From assembly GCF_009914755.1 (NCBI RefSeq), contig NC_060927.1: a stretch of 64,000 nt of DNA. One strand, given 5' to 3'. The notes beneath the pieces are model-generated. The model did no database searches. It saw nothing but the letters and a program-made list of their open reading frames with translations, and was not told the origin of the DNA. Position numbers and translations under genes: made by a program. Below, piece after piece: positions 1-16,980 of this stretch (its first letter is position 1; each line of letters starts with the position of its first letter). This DNA comes from the human T2T-CHM13v2.0 reference genome, Homo sapiens.

Positions 1-888
1 AGAAACTTACACACATTAAGAAGCAAAAAACAACCCCATTAAAAATTGGCAAAGGACAGGTACAGCAGACACTTCTCAAAAGAAGACATACACGTGGTCA
101 ATATGCACATGAAAAACTGCTCAACCTCATGAATCATTACGGAATTGTAAATCAAAACCATAATGAGATACCATCTCATACCTGCCAGAATGGCTATAAT
201 TAAAACATCAAAAAATAACAAATGCTGGCAAGGCTGCTGAGAAAAAGGAATTTTTATATACTGCTGGTGGGAATGTAAATTAGTCTAGCCATTGTGAAAG
301 CAGTTTGGCTATTATTCAAATAACATAAGAAATAATTGCCATTGGACCCAGCAATCTCAATATTGGTTATTTACCAATATAAATCATTCTATCATAAAGA
401 CACATGCATGTGTATGTTAATTGCAGCACTACTCACAATAGCAAAGACATGGAATTAACCTAGATGACCATGGTAAACTGGATAAAGAAAATGTGTTATA
501 TATATGCCATGGAATACTACGCAGCCATAAAACAGAATGAGATCATGTCCTTTGCACTAATATGCATGGAGCTGGAAGCCATTATCCTAAGTCGACTAAT
601 GCAGGAACAAAAAAACAAATATTGCATGTTCTCACTTGTAAGTGGGAGCTAAACATTGAGTACAGATAGACACAAAGAAGGTTACAACAGACACCAGTGC
701 CTACTTTAGGGTGGAGTGTGGGAGGAGGGTAAGGACTGACAAACTACCTATGAGGTACTGTGTTTATTGCCTGGGTAACAAAATAATCTGTATACCTAAC
801 TCCCATGACATGCAATTTACCTATATGACAAATCTGCCATGTACTCCTAAATCAAAAATAAAAGTTAAAAAAATAAAAAGAAAAGCAA
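1..888 (+). mobile_element. LINE-1 3' end (ORF2 C-terminus, 3'UTR, A tail), older primate L1 (L1PA13-16-like)
   Basis: ORF 464..652 encodes a degenerate ORF2 C-terminus ([18 protein letters not shown]...CMFSLVSGS), followed by an L1 3'UTR and an A-rich tail at ~855-888; runs off the window start. Confidence 0.9.
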
Positions 889-934
889 AATGAGCATAAT
901 GGTGGCAACAATAGGCCCACTGTTGGGATAATAT

Positions 935-1125
935 GTAAAAACAAATAACTAAACAGGTATAATTAGATTGTTTGTAACACAAGGAAAGGATAAATGCTTG
1001 AGGTAATGGATACTGCATTTACTCTGATTTGATTATTATGCATTGTATGCCTATATCAAAATATCTCATGTACCTCATAAATTTATACACCTACTATGTA
1101 CCCACAGAAATTTAAAAAAAATTTA
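935..1125 (+). mobile_element. L1MA-type 3'UTR fragment with A tail (target of the young L1PA insertion)
   Basis: gattgtttgtaacacaaggaaaggataaatgcttgagg...acctactatgtacccacagaaatttaaaaaaa is a typical L1MA 3' terminus. Confidence 0.8.
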
Positions 1126-2157
1126 GGGGGAGGAGCCAAGATGGCCGAATAGGAACAGCTCCGGTCTACAGCTCCCAGCGTGAGTGATGCAGACGGGTGA
1201 TTTCTGCATTGCCAACTGAGGTACCGGGTTCATCTCACTGGGGAGTGCCAGACGGCAGGGGCAGGACAGTGCGTGCAGTGCACAGTGCACGAGCCGAAGC
1301 AGGGTGAGGCATTGCCTCACCTGGGAAGCACAAGGGGTCAGGGAATTCACTTTCCTAGTCAAAGAAAGTGGTGACAAATGGCACCTGGAAAATCTGGTCT
1401 CTCCCACCCTAATACAGCACTTTTCCAAGGGGCTTAAAAAATGGCACATCAGGAGATTATATCCCCTGCCTGGCTCAGAGGGTTCTATGCCCACAGAGTC
1501 TCACTCATTGCTAGCACAGCAGTCAGAGATCAAACTGCAAGGGGGCGGTGAGGCTGGGGGAGGGGTGCCTGCCATTGCCCAGTTAGTTGTTTGATTAGGT
1601 AAACAAAGCAGCTGGGAAGCTCGAACTGGGTGGAGCCCACCACAGCTCAAGGAGGCCTGCCTGCCACTGTAGGCTCCACCTCTGGGGGCAGGGCACAGAC
1701 AAACAAAAAGACAGCAGTAACCTCTGCAGACTTAAATGTCCCTCTCAGACAGGTTTGAAGAGAGTAGTGGTTCTCCCAGCACACAGCTTGAGATCTGAGA
1801 ATGGGCAGACTGCCTCCTCAAGTGGGTCCCTGACTCCCAAGTAGCCTAACTGGGTGGCACCCCCCAGTAGGGGTGGACTGACACCTCACATGGCCGGGTA
1901 CTCCACTGAGACAAAACTTCCAGAGGAACGATCAGACAGCAGCATCTGTGGTTCACCAATATCCACTGTTCTGCAGCCATTGCTGCTGATACCCAGGCAA
2001 ACAGGGTCTGGAGTGGACCTCTAGCAAACTCCAAAAGACCTGCAGCTGAGGGTCCTGACTGTTAGAAGGAAAACTAACAAACAGAAAGGACATCCACAAC
2101 AAAAACCCATCTGTACGTCACCATCATCAAAGACCAAAAGTAGATAAAACCACAAAG

Positions 2158-3175
2158 ATGGGAAAAAAACAGAGCAGAAAAACTGGAAACTCTAAAAACC
2201 GCAGCGCCTCTCCTCCTCCAAAGGAATGCAGCTCCTCACCAGCAATGGAACAAAGCTGGATGGAGAATGACTTTGATGAGTTGAGAGAAGGAGGCTTCAG
2301 ATGATCAAACTACTCCGAGCTAAAGGAGGAAATTTGAACCAATGGCAAAGAAGTTAAAAGCTTTGAAAAAAAATTAGACGAATGGATAACTAGAATAACC
2401 AATGCAGAGAAGTCCTTGAAGGACCTGATGGAGCTGAAAACCAAGGCACAAGAGCTACGTGATGAATGCAGAAGCCTCAGTAGCCGATGCGATCAACTGG
2501 AAGAAAGGGTATCAGTGATGGAAGATGAAATGAATGAAATGAAGGGAGAAGAGAAGTTTAGAGAAAAAACAATAAAAAGAAATGAACAAAGCCTCCAAAA
2601 AATATGGGACTATGTGAAAAGACCAAATCTACATCTGATTGGTGTACCTGAAAGTGACAGGGAGCATGGAAACAAGTTGGAAAACACTCTGCAGGATATT
2701 ATCCAGGAGAACTTCCACAATCTAGCAAGGCAGGCCAACATTCAAATTCAGGAAATACAGAGAATGCCACAAAGATACTCCTCGAGAAGAGCAACTCCAA
2801 GACACGTAATTGTCAGATTCACCAAAGTTGAAATGAGGGAAAAAAATGTTAAGGGCAGCCAGAGAGAAAGGTCAGGTTACCCACAAAGGGAAGCCCATCA
2901 GACTAACAGTGAATCTCTCAGCAGAAACTCTACAAGCCAGAAGAGAGTGTGGACCAATATTCAACATTCTTAAAGAAAAGAATTTTCAACCCAGAATCTC
3001 ATATCCAGCCAAACTAAGCTTCATAAGTGAAGGAGAAATAAAATCCTTTACAGACAAGCAAATGCTGAGAGATTTTGTCACCACCAGGCCTGCCCTAAAA
3101 GAGCTCCTGAAGGAAGCACTGAACATGGAAAGGAAAAACTGGTACCAGCCACTGCAAAAACATGCCAAATTGTGA
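2158..3175 (+). pseudogene. L1 ORF1 (RNA-binding chaperone), disrupted
   Basis: ATG GGA AAA AAA at 2158; premature TGA codons near 2302 and 2335 and a frameshift near 2845; pieces 2416..2973 and 2846..3175 encode ORF1p motifs (REKG, YPAKLS). Confidence 0.95.
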
Positions 3176-3238
3176 AGACCATTGATGCTAGGAAGAAACT
3201 GCATCAACTAACGAGGAAAATAACCAGCTAACATCATA

Positions 3239-7055
<3,817 letters not shown>

Positions 7056-7317
7056 ACAATGAGAACACATGGACACAGGAAGGGGAACATCACACACCGG
7101 GGACTGTTGTGGGGTGGGGGGAGGGGGGAGGGATAGCAGTAGAAGATACATCTAATGCTAAATGATGAGTTAATGGGTGCAGCACACCAGCATGGCACAT
7201 GTATACATATGTACAAACCTGCACGTTGGGCACATGTACCCTATAACTTAAAGTATAATAATAATAAAATTAAAAAAAAAAGTGAAATGGTAAAAAAAAA
7301 AAAAAAAAAAAAATTTA

Positions 7318-7512
7318 AAAAGCTTGTACCCAGCAAAAGAAACAATCAACAAAGAGGCAATCTACAGAATGGGAGAAAATATTTGCAAACTCTCCATCTG
7401 ACAAAAGATTAAAATAAGAATATGCAAGGAGCACAAACAACTTGATATAAAAAAAAATCTGATTGAAAAATGAGTCAAAGACCTGAATAGACATTCCTCA
7501 AAAGAAGACATC
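7318..7512 (+). mobile_element. L1MA-type ORF2 fragment, 5' part of host element interrupted by the 7514-13460 L1
   Basis: Degenerate ORF2 3' sequence ending at ...cattcctcaaaagaagacat and resuming at ~13461 with acaaatggccaataag. Confidence 0.8.
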
Positions 7513-7513
7513 C

Positions 7514-10500
7514 GAGGAGAGAATCTCATTAAAGATGGCTGCCTGGAAGCATTTCATGACTGCCTGCTCCACACAGAAGAGCTGGAGTAGTGTACAGACA
7601 GTCACACATTGAGCACATTATCCAAGAGAGAATGCTGGAATTCAACAGTGAAATGAGGAACAACACAAAAGAAAAAGGAGGAGAGACAGTCTCCCTGGCC
7701 AGGAGTAACTGTCCTGGGGAGGGGTGAGTAATAAACCAGTGGCCCACACCTCTACTGTGTTATGCTATCTCCTGGGGAGATAGCATCTCCAGTAACTCTC
7801 CTGGAGAGAGTTACTAGTTACTCCTGGGGAGGGGTGAGTAATAGACTTCTAGTGGCTCACACCCTTACTGTGTTATCATGCTATCCTAGCTGAGGAAGAA
7901 CGCCTTGACCATCTCAACCCCTGAAACAAACAGGAATCTGCTGGGAGTCCCTGGAATGAAACTGCTGCAGAAGGGAGCTTGTACTAAGACCAATACACTA
8001 TCTGAGATCTAAGCAGCTTCAACAAGGCAGCATTTTCAATACTAGTCTCTGACAAACTTTACACTCCCGCTTAGAAGTAGGTGAGGCCTGGGTGGCAGCA
8101 GACGGTGTCAGGAAGTAAGCACTGCTGGAGTCTGAGACCAGGATTTAAGCAAGGTGTGATTCACCTTTGCAAGTTGATCTCAAACTGGTTGTGGGCTTCT
8201 GCAGCTAGACCAGGGAGTGAGACCTGCTGGAACTAGTGTCTGAAAGGAATGTGTATCAGCTACCCATCAGCCCAGGCTGTGGCCATTGAGGGTGGCTCCA
8301 CCCTCTCTAGTGGTGGATCCTCAGCACGGCTGCTACCCACCTCTCACCTGAGCTATTTGAAGATCACTCTGCCTCTGCTCACAACAGCTGGTGCCTACTG
8401 TCACCATTGGGGTTAGGGCCTCCCATGGACACCCATTCACCCCATTGCAGCCACTGCTAACATTAGTGAACACCACTTATGATCCAGAAAATTGTCCCAT
8501 CATTGCTATTCCCATTGTTCACACCACATCTGATTCTCAGGGTCCCGAGAATCTGTTCACCTGCCAGGTCCATAACTACCATAATGGCATTCAAGAATGC
8601 CACCTGGAGGCTGAAGAATCAGCCTGCCAGTAACTGACAATACAGGTGCTAGTGTGCACCATCCTGGGGCACAAAGATAGGTATGCTCAGCCCACTGCTG
8701 CCACAATTGTGACCTGCAGACTGGTCAATCTAGCTTCCCAGTCCCAGCACAACTTCACTACAGCCTCCACTAATAACTACATCTAACCCACTGAAAAAAA
8801 CACAAATACGGCTAATGCTTTTTACAACCAATGAAATCATACAGAGACTATAGTACTGCATTCACCATCACAGCAAAAATACCCTACCCAACTAACACCA
8901 TAGATATGTCTTCAGATAAAAGTCCTTCCCTACTAATGTAAATTCAAAAATAAGAAGGAGCAACTATTACACCAGATGCACAGATATCAATTTAAGGGCA
9001 AAGGAAACATGAAAAAGCAAGGAAATATGATGTTTCCAGAGGAATATATTACAGGCCAGAAGGTAATGCAATGATATAAGAATTCTACATTCAACAAAAT
9101 TATCCTCCATAAATGAAGAAGAAATAAAGTCATTTCCAGGCAAACAAATGCTGAAGGAATTAGTTACTACTAGACTAGCCATACAAGAAATGCTTAATGA
9201 AGAGAGTCCTAAAACTGGCAGCAAAGAATGACATTTATCATCATGAAAACACACAAAAATATAAAACTCACTGGTCATGCAATCATACAAAGGAGAAAGA
9301 GAAAGGATTCAAATGGTATTACCACAGAAACCCACCAAACCTAAATGGCAAAGCATAAGAGAAAAAGAAAGAAAAGAAATTATAATAACAAGAGTACAAT
9401 TAATAATATGACAGGAACAAAGCCTCACATGTCAGTAATAACCTTGAAAATAAATGGATTAAATTCTCCTCTTAAAAGATATAGAATTACTAGAGTTTTA
9501 AAAATAATCAAATTACATACTACTTAAAATAAACACTCTTTAGCAGTAAAGACACACATAGACTGAAAGTAAAGGGATGGAAAAAATATTCCATGCAAAT
9601 TCAAACCAAAAGCATGCAGGAGTAGCTATACTTACAGCAGATTAAACATACTTTAAGAACAATTAAAAAAAGGACAAATAAGTGCACTATACAAGGATAA
9701 AGGGATCAATCCTGCAATTGATACATCAATTCTAAATATATATGCACCAAAAACTGGAGCATCCAGATTTATAGAGCAAATATTAGTATATCTAAAGAGA
9801 GAGATAGAGTGAGTGCAATACAATAATAGTGGGAGGCTTCAACACCTCAGTCTCAGCATTAGACAGATCATCTAGACAGAAAATCAACAAAGATGCTTTG
9901 GATATAAACTGAACTTTAGACCAAATGGACCTAACAGACATTTACAGAATACTGTATCCAACAACTGCAGAATATATATTGCCTCCATCAGCACATTGAA
10001 CATTCTCCAGGATAGACCACACTTTAGGCCACAAAACGAGTCAACCAGTTTTTAAAAATGGAGATAATATCAAGTATCTTCTCTGACCATAATGGAATAA
10101 CATTAGAAATCAATAGCAAGAGGAACTCTGAAAAATATACAAATACATAGAAATTAAACATGTTCCTGAGTGACCATTGGGTCAATGAAGAAATTAAGAT
10201 GGGAATATAAACGTCTTTGAAATAGATGAAAATGACAATACAACATACCAAAAGCTGTGGCATAAAGTAAAACCAGTGCTACAGGGAATTTTATAGCAAT
10301 AAATGCCTACATCAAAAAGTATTAATATTACAAAATAACAATCTAACAATGCACAACAGGGAACTAGAAAAACAAGAACAAACCAAACATAAAATTAACA
10401 GAAGAAAAGAAATGTTAACAATCAGAGCCGAAATAAATGAAATAGAGGCTAAAAATATAATAAAAAGGAACAACAAAACAAAAAGTTGGTTCTTCAAAAA

Positions 10501-13460
10501 TGTAAACTAAATTGATAAAGTACTAGCTATAATAACCAAGAAAATAAGAAAGAGGACCCAAATAAACAAAATCAGAAATGAAAAGGGAGACAGACAATTG
10601 ATACCACAGAAATACAAAAGATCATCAGAGAATATTACCAGCAACTATACAGTGACAAACTGGAAACCTGGAGGAAATGGACAAATTTCTAGAAACATAC
10701 AACCTATAAAGATTAAAATAGGAGTAAATATCAAACCTGAACAGACTGATAATGACTAGTGAGATTAAATCAGTAATATAAAGTCTGCCAACATAGAAAA
10801 GCCCAGGACCAGCTGGATCTGTAGCCATATTTTATCAAACATAGAAAGAAAAACTAGTATAAATCTTCCTAAAACTATTTCTAAATGTGAAACAGGAGGA
10901 AATTCTCTTTAACTCATTCTGTGAGGCCAGCATTATCCTGATTCCAAAACCACACAAAGAATCCACAAAAAAAAGAAAGCTGCAGGCCAATATCCCTCAC
11001 GAACATAGATGCAAAAATATTCAACAAAATACTAGAAAACCAAATCCAATAGCACATCAAAAAGATAATATACCACAATCAAGTGGGATTTATACTAAAA
11101 ATGCAAGGATGGTTAAACATGCAAATCAATAAAAATGATACATTATGTCAACAGAATAAAGCACAAAACCGTATGATCATCTCAATAGAGGCAGAAAAGG
11201 CATTTAATAAAATTCACATTCCTTAATGGTAGAAATTATCTTTAAACTAAGCATAGAAGGAATATTCTATGTTGGGAGACTTTTCATTACTGATTCAATC
11301 TCACTACTCATTATTAGTCTGTTCAGGTTTTATATTTATTTCTAATTTAATCTCTAATCAAAATAACAAAGTCTATATATGGTACACCCACAGCTAACAT
11401 TATAATGAGAAAAAGTTGAAAGCATTTACTTTAAGAACTAGAACACGATAAGGATGCCCAATTTTACCACTCTTATTCAACATAGTACTAGCCAGATCAA
11501 TCAGGCAAGAGAAAGAAATAAAAGGCATTGGAAAAGAGAAACTAAAATTATCCTCATTTGCTGATGATATAATTTTATATCTAGAAAAACCTAAAGACTT
11601 TACCAAAAAACCCTCTTGGATTTGATAAATGAATTCAGTAAAGTTGCAGGATAGAAAATCAATGTACAACAATCAATAGCATTTCCATGCACCAATAACA
11701 ATCTGGCTAAGAAAAACTTAAGAAGGCAATTCCATTTATCATATCTACAAAAAGTAAAATGCCTAAAAAAAAATTTAACACAGGAAGTGAAAGATATCTA
11801 CAGGAAAAACTACAAAACACTTATGAAAGAAATTAAAGGTGACCCAAACTAATGGAAAAGCATCTCACGCTAATGGATCTGAAGAGTTAATTTTGTAAAT
11901 ATGACCATACTGCCCAAAGCAATCTAAAGATTCAGTGCAATTTCTATCAAAATACCTAGCTCACTTTTTTTTTACATAATTAGAAAAGAACTCTAAAATT
12001 CACATGGAACCAAAAAAGAACCTGAAGAGCCAAAGCAACTCTGAGCAACAAAAACAAAGCTGGAGATATCGCATTATCTGATTTAGAATTATATTACAAG
12101 GCTATCGTAACCAAAATAAGATGGTACTTGTATAAAAATAGACATATATATCAATGGAACACAATAGAGAACCCAGAAATAAAGCCACATGTTTACAGCA
12201 AACTAATCTTTCACAAAGCCAACAAGTACATACTTTGGGAAATGGACACCTTCCTGAATAAATGGTGCTGGGAAAAGTGAATAGCCATATGCAGAAGAAT
12301 GAAACTGGACCCATATCTCTCACCATATACAAAAATCAATGAAAGGTGGATTAAAGACTTAAAAGTAAGATCTAAAAATAAACAAATACTAGAAGACAAC
12401 CTAGGGAAAACTCTTGTGGACATTTGTCTGGGCAAAGTATTTATGGTTAAGACCACAAAAGATAACAAAAACAAATGTAGACAAATGAGATTTAATTAAA
12501 CTAAAAAGCTTCTGCCCAGCTAAAAAAGATCAACAGAGAAAACAGATAACCTGAGAAATGGGGGGAAATATCTGCAAACTATTCATCTGCAGGGGACTAA
12601 TATTTAGAGTATACAAGGAACTCAAGCAACTCAACAACAAAACCCCCGAATAATCCCATTAAGATGTGGGCAAATGATATGAATAGACATTTTTCAAAAG
12701 AAGACATACAAATGGTCAACAGATAAATGGAAAAGAAAAACAACTCAACATCACTAATCATCAGAGAAATGCAAATCAAAACAACCTTGAGATATCATCT
12801 TACCCCAGTCAGAATGGCTGCTATTACCAACTCAGAAATAACAGATTATGGTGAGGATGTAGAGCAAAGGAAACTCTTATACACTGTTGGTGGGAATGTA
12901 CAGCCTTTATGAAAAAAGCATGGATATTTCTTAAAGAACTAAAAATAGAACTAGCATTCAATCAGCAATCTCACTACTGGTTATCTTCCCAAAGGAAATA
13001 AGTCAATACATCAAAAAGATATCTGCACTTGTATATTTATCATAGCACTTTTCACATTATGAAACACAAAGATATGGATGAATTAATAAAGAAAATGTGG
13101 CATATATGCACAATAGAATACTGTTCAGCCATAAAAGAGTGAAATTATATCTTTTGCAGCAACATGGATGGAACTGGAGTTCATTATCTTAAGTGAAACT
13201 AGACACAAAAAGGCAAATTTCACATGCACTCACTCATAAGGGGGTGCCAAAAAATGTGCTCATGTAGACATTGAGAATGGAATGATAGATAATGGAGACT
13301 TGGCAGGTTAGTGGGTGGGAGGAAGGAGGATGATGAGCAACTGATTAATGAGTACAATGTACATTATCAGGTGATGGATACCCTATAAGCACTGACTTGA
13401 CCACTACTCTACGCATGTAAGTAAATTGCACATGTAACCCATAAATTTTGACAAATAAAA
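7514..13460 (+). mobile_element. Old near-full-length L1 (L1PB4-like): long 5'UTR, internally deleted ORF1, decayed ORF2, 3'UTR
   Basis: 5' aagatggctgcctggaagc motif; ORF1 start (~9010) joined directly to ORF1 end (~9050); ORF2 start atgacagga at ~9408 (MTGTKPHMSVITLKINGLNSPLKR); L1PB-type 3'UTR ending ~13460. Confidence 0.85.
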
Positions 13461-14165
13461 AGAAAAAAGATACACAAATGGCCAATAAGTACATGAAAAA
13501 ATTCTCAACACTATTAATCATCAGAGAAATGCAAATCAATACCACAATGGGATATCATGTCATCCCAGTTAAAATCACTTTTATAAAAAAGACAGAAAAT
13601 AACAGATGCTGGCGAGGATATGGAGAAAGAGGAAACATTGTTCACTGTTAGTGGAAATGTAAACTAGTACAACCACTATGGAGAATAGTATGGAGGTTCC
13701 TCAAAAAAATGACAAATGGAATTTCCATATGATCCAGCAATTTCACTACTGGTTATAAATCCCAAAGAAAGGAAATCAATGTACCCAAGAGGTATCTGTA
13801 CATTGGTAACTATCAGAAGCTAGAAAAGGTAGGGGGAAGGGAAAATGAAGAGAGACTGATTAATGGGTACAAATATAAAGTTTAATACAAGAAATAAGAC
13901 CTAGATTTGATATATCAGTAGAGTGACAGTAGTTTACAATAATCTAATGTATATTTCAAAATAGATAGAAGAGAATAATTCAAATGTTTCTATCATAAAG
14001 AAAACACGAACATTTAAGGTGATGAATCTCCCAATTATGTTGATTTTATCTTTACAAGTTATATAAATGTATCAAATTATCAAATATATGTAAATATATT
14101 AAATTATCACACATACTTCCCAAATATACACATCTATTATATATTAATAAAAATAAAAAATTAAA
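13461..14165 (+). mobile_element. L1MA (L1MA4/5-like) 3' end, continuation of the host element
   Basis: ORF 13448..13651 (REMQINTTMGYH...NNRCWRG); internal deletion near 13800; L1MA 3'UTR with AATAAA and A tail at ~14146-14165. Confidence 0.85.
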
Positions 14166-15129
14166 ATATCACACGTTAATTATGACATATAGGTAAATTG
14201 GCCACTTTTTCAGAACAAAAAGGAAATAACCCACTTGGTATTTTAAAAAGTATTTAAGGATATTTGTGACCTTTTTTGCCACTCCTTTCTGTGAGGTTTT
14301 TATAGGAGTTTTGATTTTGAAAAAATTTGGCAAACACATTTAGTTATAAGTTAGCCTACTCATTTTTGGCTGACTTAAAGGGGATGGAAATGGCATTAAA
14401 ATGTATTATAGGACACCTGAAAATTTGGGGATCCAATATCTTAATTTTATTTTATTGTTCACAGAGCCAAATGAAATTGGAAAAAAAAGAGAGCAGTTTA
14501 CTCTTTATTATGCCCAAGAGAACATGTGATATTAGTCTGGGGATAATCTCATGTGTCTTAATTAAACAAATATTATATGAATATGCATTGGAGGCTTTGA
14601 CTCAATTCTGATCGTACATGCTTAGCCCAATTTTAGTTATATCCTCACGATATTCTAGATGTTGCAACCACTATCAGTTTCCCAACTAAACAACAGATTC
14701 CATATGGACACATTAGTTTTGTAGAGTTCACATCACCAGTTTTTATTTTACAAACTTAATCTCTTTTAATTAATTTTAAGTATCAACATCATGTGCTGAA
14801 GGCTACTCATACACCAATTTGAAGACTAGCTTATAAAAAGTCTGAAATATTTATATATTAAATTATCAGAAGTTTTCATAAGGTTAATAATTTAGATTTG
14901 CTTTTATAGAGTGTTGTTCAGCAAATTGTGTATACCAATTGCCAATATCTCTTACTTTATGTTTCATCTGTGCACTCTCATGTATTAGGTCTCAAATATT
15001 GTCAATCCTACAAAACAACCATGGTAGAGATAGGGGAGGTGACTTAGTCAAGAGCACATGGGTTTTAGGCTTGTTACCCCAAATTGGCATTGGGGTCAAA
15101 AGGACATCAGTCCAGAAGTGGAGAGGAGA

Positions 15130-15260
15130 GACTTGGTTATGACTTTTATTAGCATGTGACAATACATGAATGTCTTAGCCTCTGGATATCTATTTCCTCA
15201 GCTCCAAAATGAGAAGCTTAGATTTAGAAAACTTTTGAAGTCTTTTCCAACTCTGACATT
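15130..15260 (+). mobile_element. MIR fragment
   Basis: Degenerate MIR core tagcatgtgac...tttcctcagctccaaaatgag...ttccaactctgacatt. Confidence 0.6.
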
Positions 15261-16349
15261 TGCTTCATTCTCTGTTCCTCTATTAAGACAGGCTGCAGAC
15301 GGGTCAGGATAACATCACTGTCTCCTCTCTTGCTCAACTGACTTATCTTACCCTTGTCTGGCCATTTCTCTTTTCTTCTTAAAATCCAAGCTTAAGAAAT
15401 CATAGCTGATGTTCTGGAGAAGCTGGATCCTATAAAGGAAGGCATTGGAGTTGACTTTTTCCTAGTCAGTCAAGCTGTTTGTTCCCTCCACCAATACCAC
15501 AAAATCGTCTTTCTGTTTCCACTTCTAGATTTTTGCTTTGACACATGGGCAGTGAAGAAAACTGCTCCCAAGGCACCTGCAAATTTTATTTCCTTTGGCC
15601 ACTTTCAACTGGTGTGGTCCTGGTAAGAAACAGGAAGGAATTGACAAGCTGGTCTCTGGAGGACATGGACTAGGCAGCTTCTTCACCTCCAGCAGCCAGA
15701 CCTTACTGGACAGGCTCTGTTGAAGACTCTGCTGAAGACTCTCTGAAGATTAGGGGTTATGACACACTCTTGCCTTTGGGAATTGGGACATTCTTCTTTT
15801 CTAAGTAATTGCTCTTTCTTTCTTGCACTGCAGGGCTTGTTTAAATAGTTCAACATTGTGTCCACAGTAATTACATGTTCCATTTGGTTTTTCCCTCTTA
15901 TGTCTTTGGTTCTATGTTTTTGCTAGAACAATCTGTAAGGCCCTTTAGAGTCTGATATTACTTTTAATGAAAGGAATTGTGGAGTTTGTAGAGAAAGGAA
16001 AGGGAAAAAAGAAAAGAGGAGAGAAGAGAAAATGAGCCACTTTTACTTCCTTCTCAGGTACTCTCCCTATTTTGGAGATTTTTACATAAATGACACATTA
16101 GTGGTGGTAGGGAGTGTAAAAAGAGACACCCAATTCCCTCTCAAATCCAATAAAAATACATGTATGTGTCCAAACAGCCATAGATAGTCAGAGGGTACTC
16201 AAAATATATCCCAGAGAATCAGGCTCAAAACCAGTTAACTAAAATGAAATAATTTTAAGATTGAGCAATGGGGACACACACACCAAGGTGATGTAGAGAG
16301 ATGTAGGAGAGATGTAGACAGAATTTTGAGGAAGATGTCTTTTTTATCT

Positions 16350-16573
16350 CAGGGCCTTTTAATCTAGGCAGTATTGACGTTTAATGTTAGATAATCCTTT
16401 GATGGTGGGGAGGGCGTGCCCTGTACATTAGAAGATGTCTAGCAGCAACCCTGGCCTTTACCCACTAGATAGCTATAGAACTTCCCACTGTTCCAGTTGT
16501 GGCAACAAAAAATGTCTCCAGACATTGACAAATGTCCACTATGGGACATGATTTTTTATGGTTGAGACTACTG
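16350..16573 (+). mobile_element. MER20 (hAT-Charlie MITE)
   Basis: Diagnostic ccagttgtggcaacaaaaaatgtctccagacattgacaaatgtcc and terminal ggttgagactactg. Confidence 0.85.
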
Positions 16574-16649
16574 CTCTATCTTAAATAAATCTTGGTTTTA
16601 CACTACTCTATTATATTTGACGGAATGGTCTCTACTATAGAGAAGCAAG

Positions 16650-16980
16650 TTGACCCACCCAAAATCAATTTGACAAAAGCCAATTTTACCAAAAACCCAT
16701 TTGCCAAAATATCAAATATTGAACGACTAATTCATCGAACAACACATTTACTCAATTCATAAAAAGTTGTTTTAATAAATATTCTTCCCGAACATATTTA
16801 AATGAATTACCAGTTAGAATGTTAATACATATTCATAAGAAATTTATACTCAAATATTTCAATATTTAAAAATGATAGCATTAAATTTTTTTTTTTTTGT
16901 CAAATGAGTAAAACTGGAAAACATAGCAAATTGTTTTTCAATGAATTGGTTTTCAGAGAAGTAATGTCAGGGAAATGATT
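16650..16980. mobile_element. Ancient non-autonomous DNA-transposon remnant with inverted subterminal repeats
   Basis: Left arm has repeated (a/c)caattt(g/t)(a/c)caaaa units; right arm has the complementary ttttgtcaaatg / aattggttttc units. Confidence 0.4.

Noticed and set aside
1123-1575. ORF0 in the plus-strand L1
   Set aside because: ATG at 1575 is followed by an in-frame TGA at ~1501-1503
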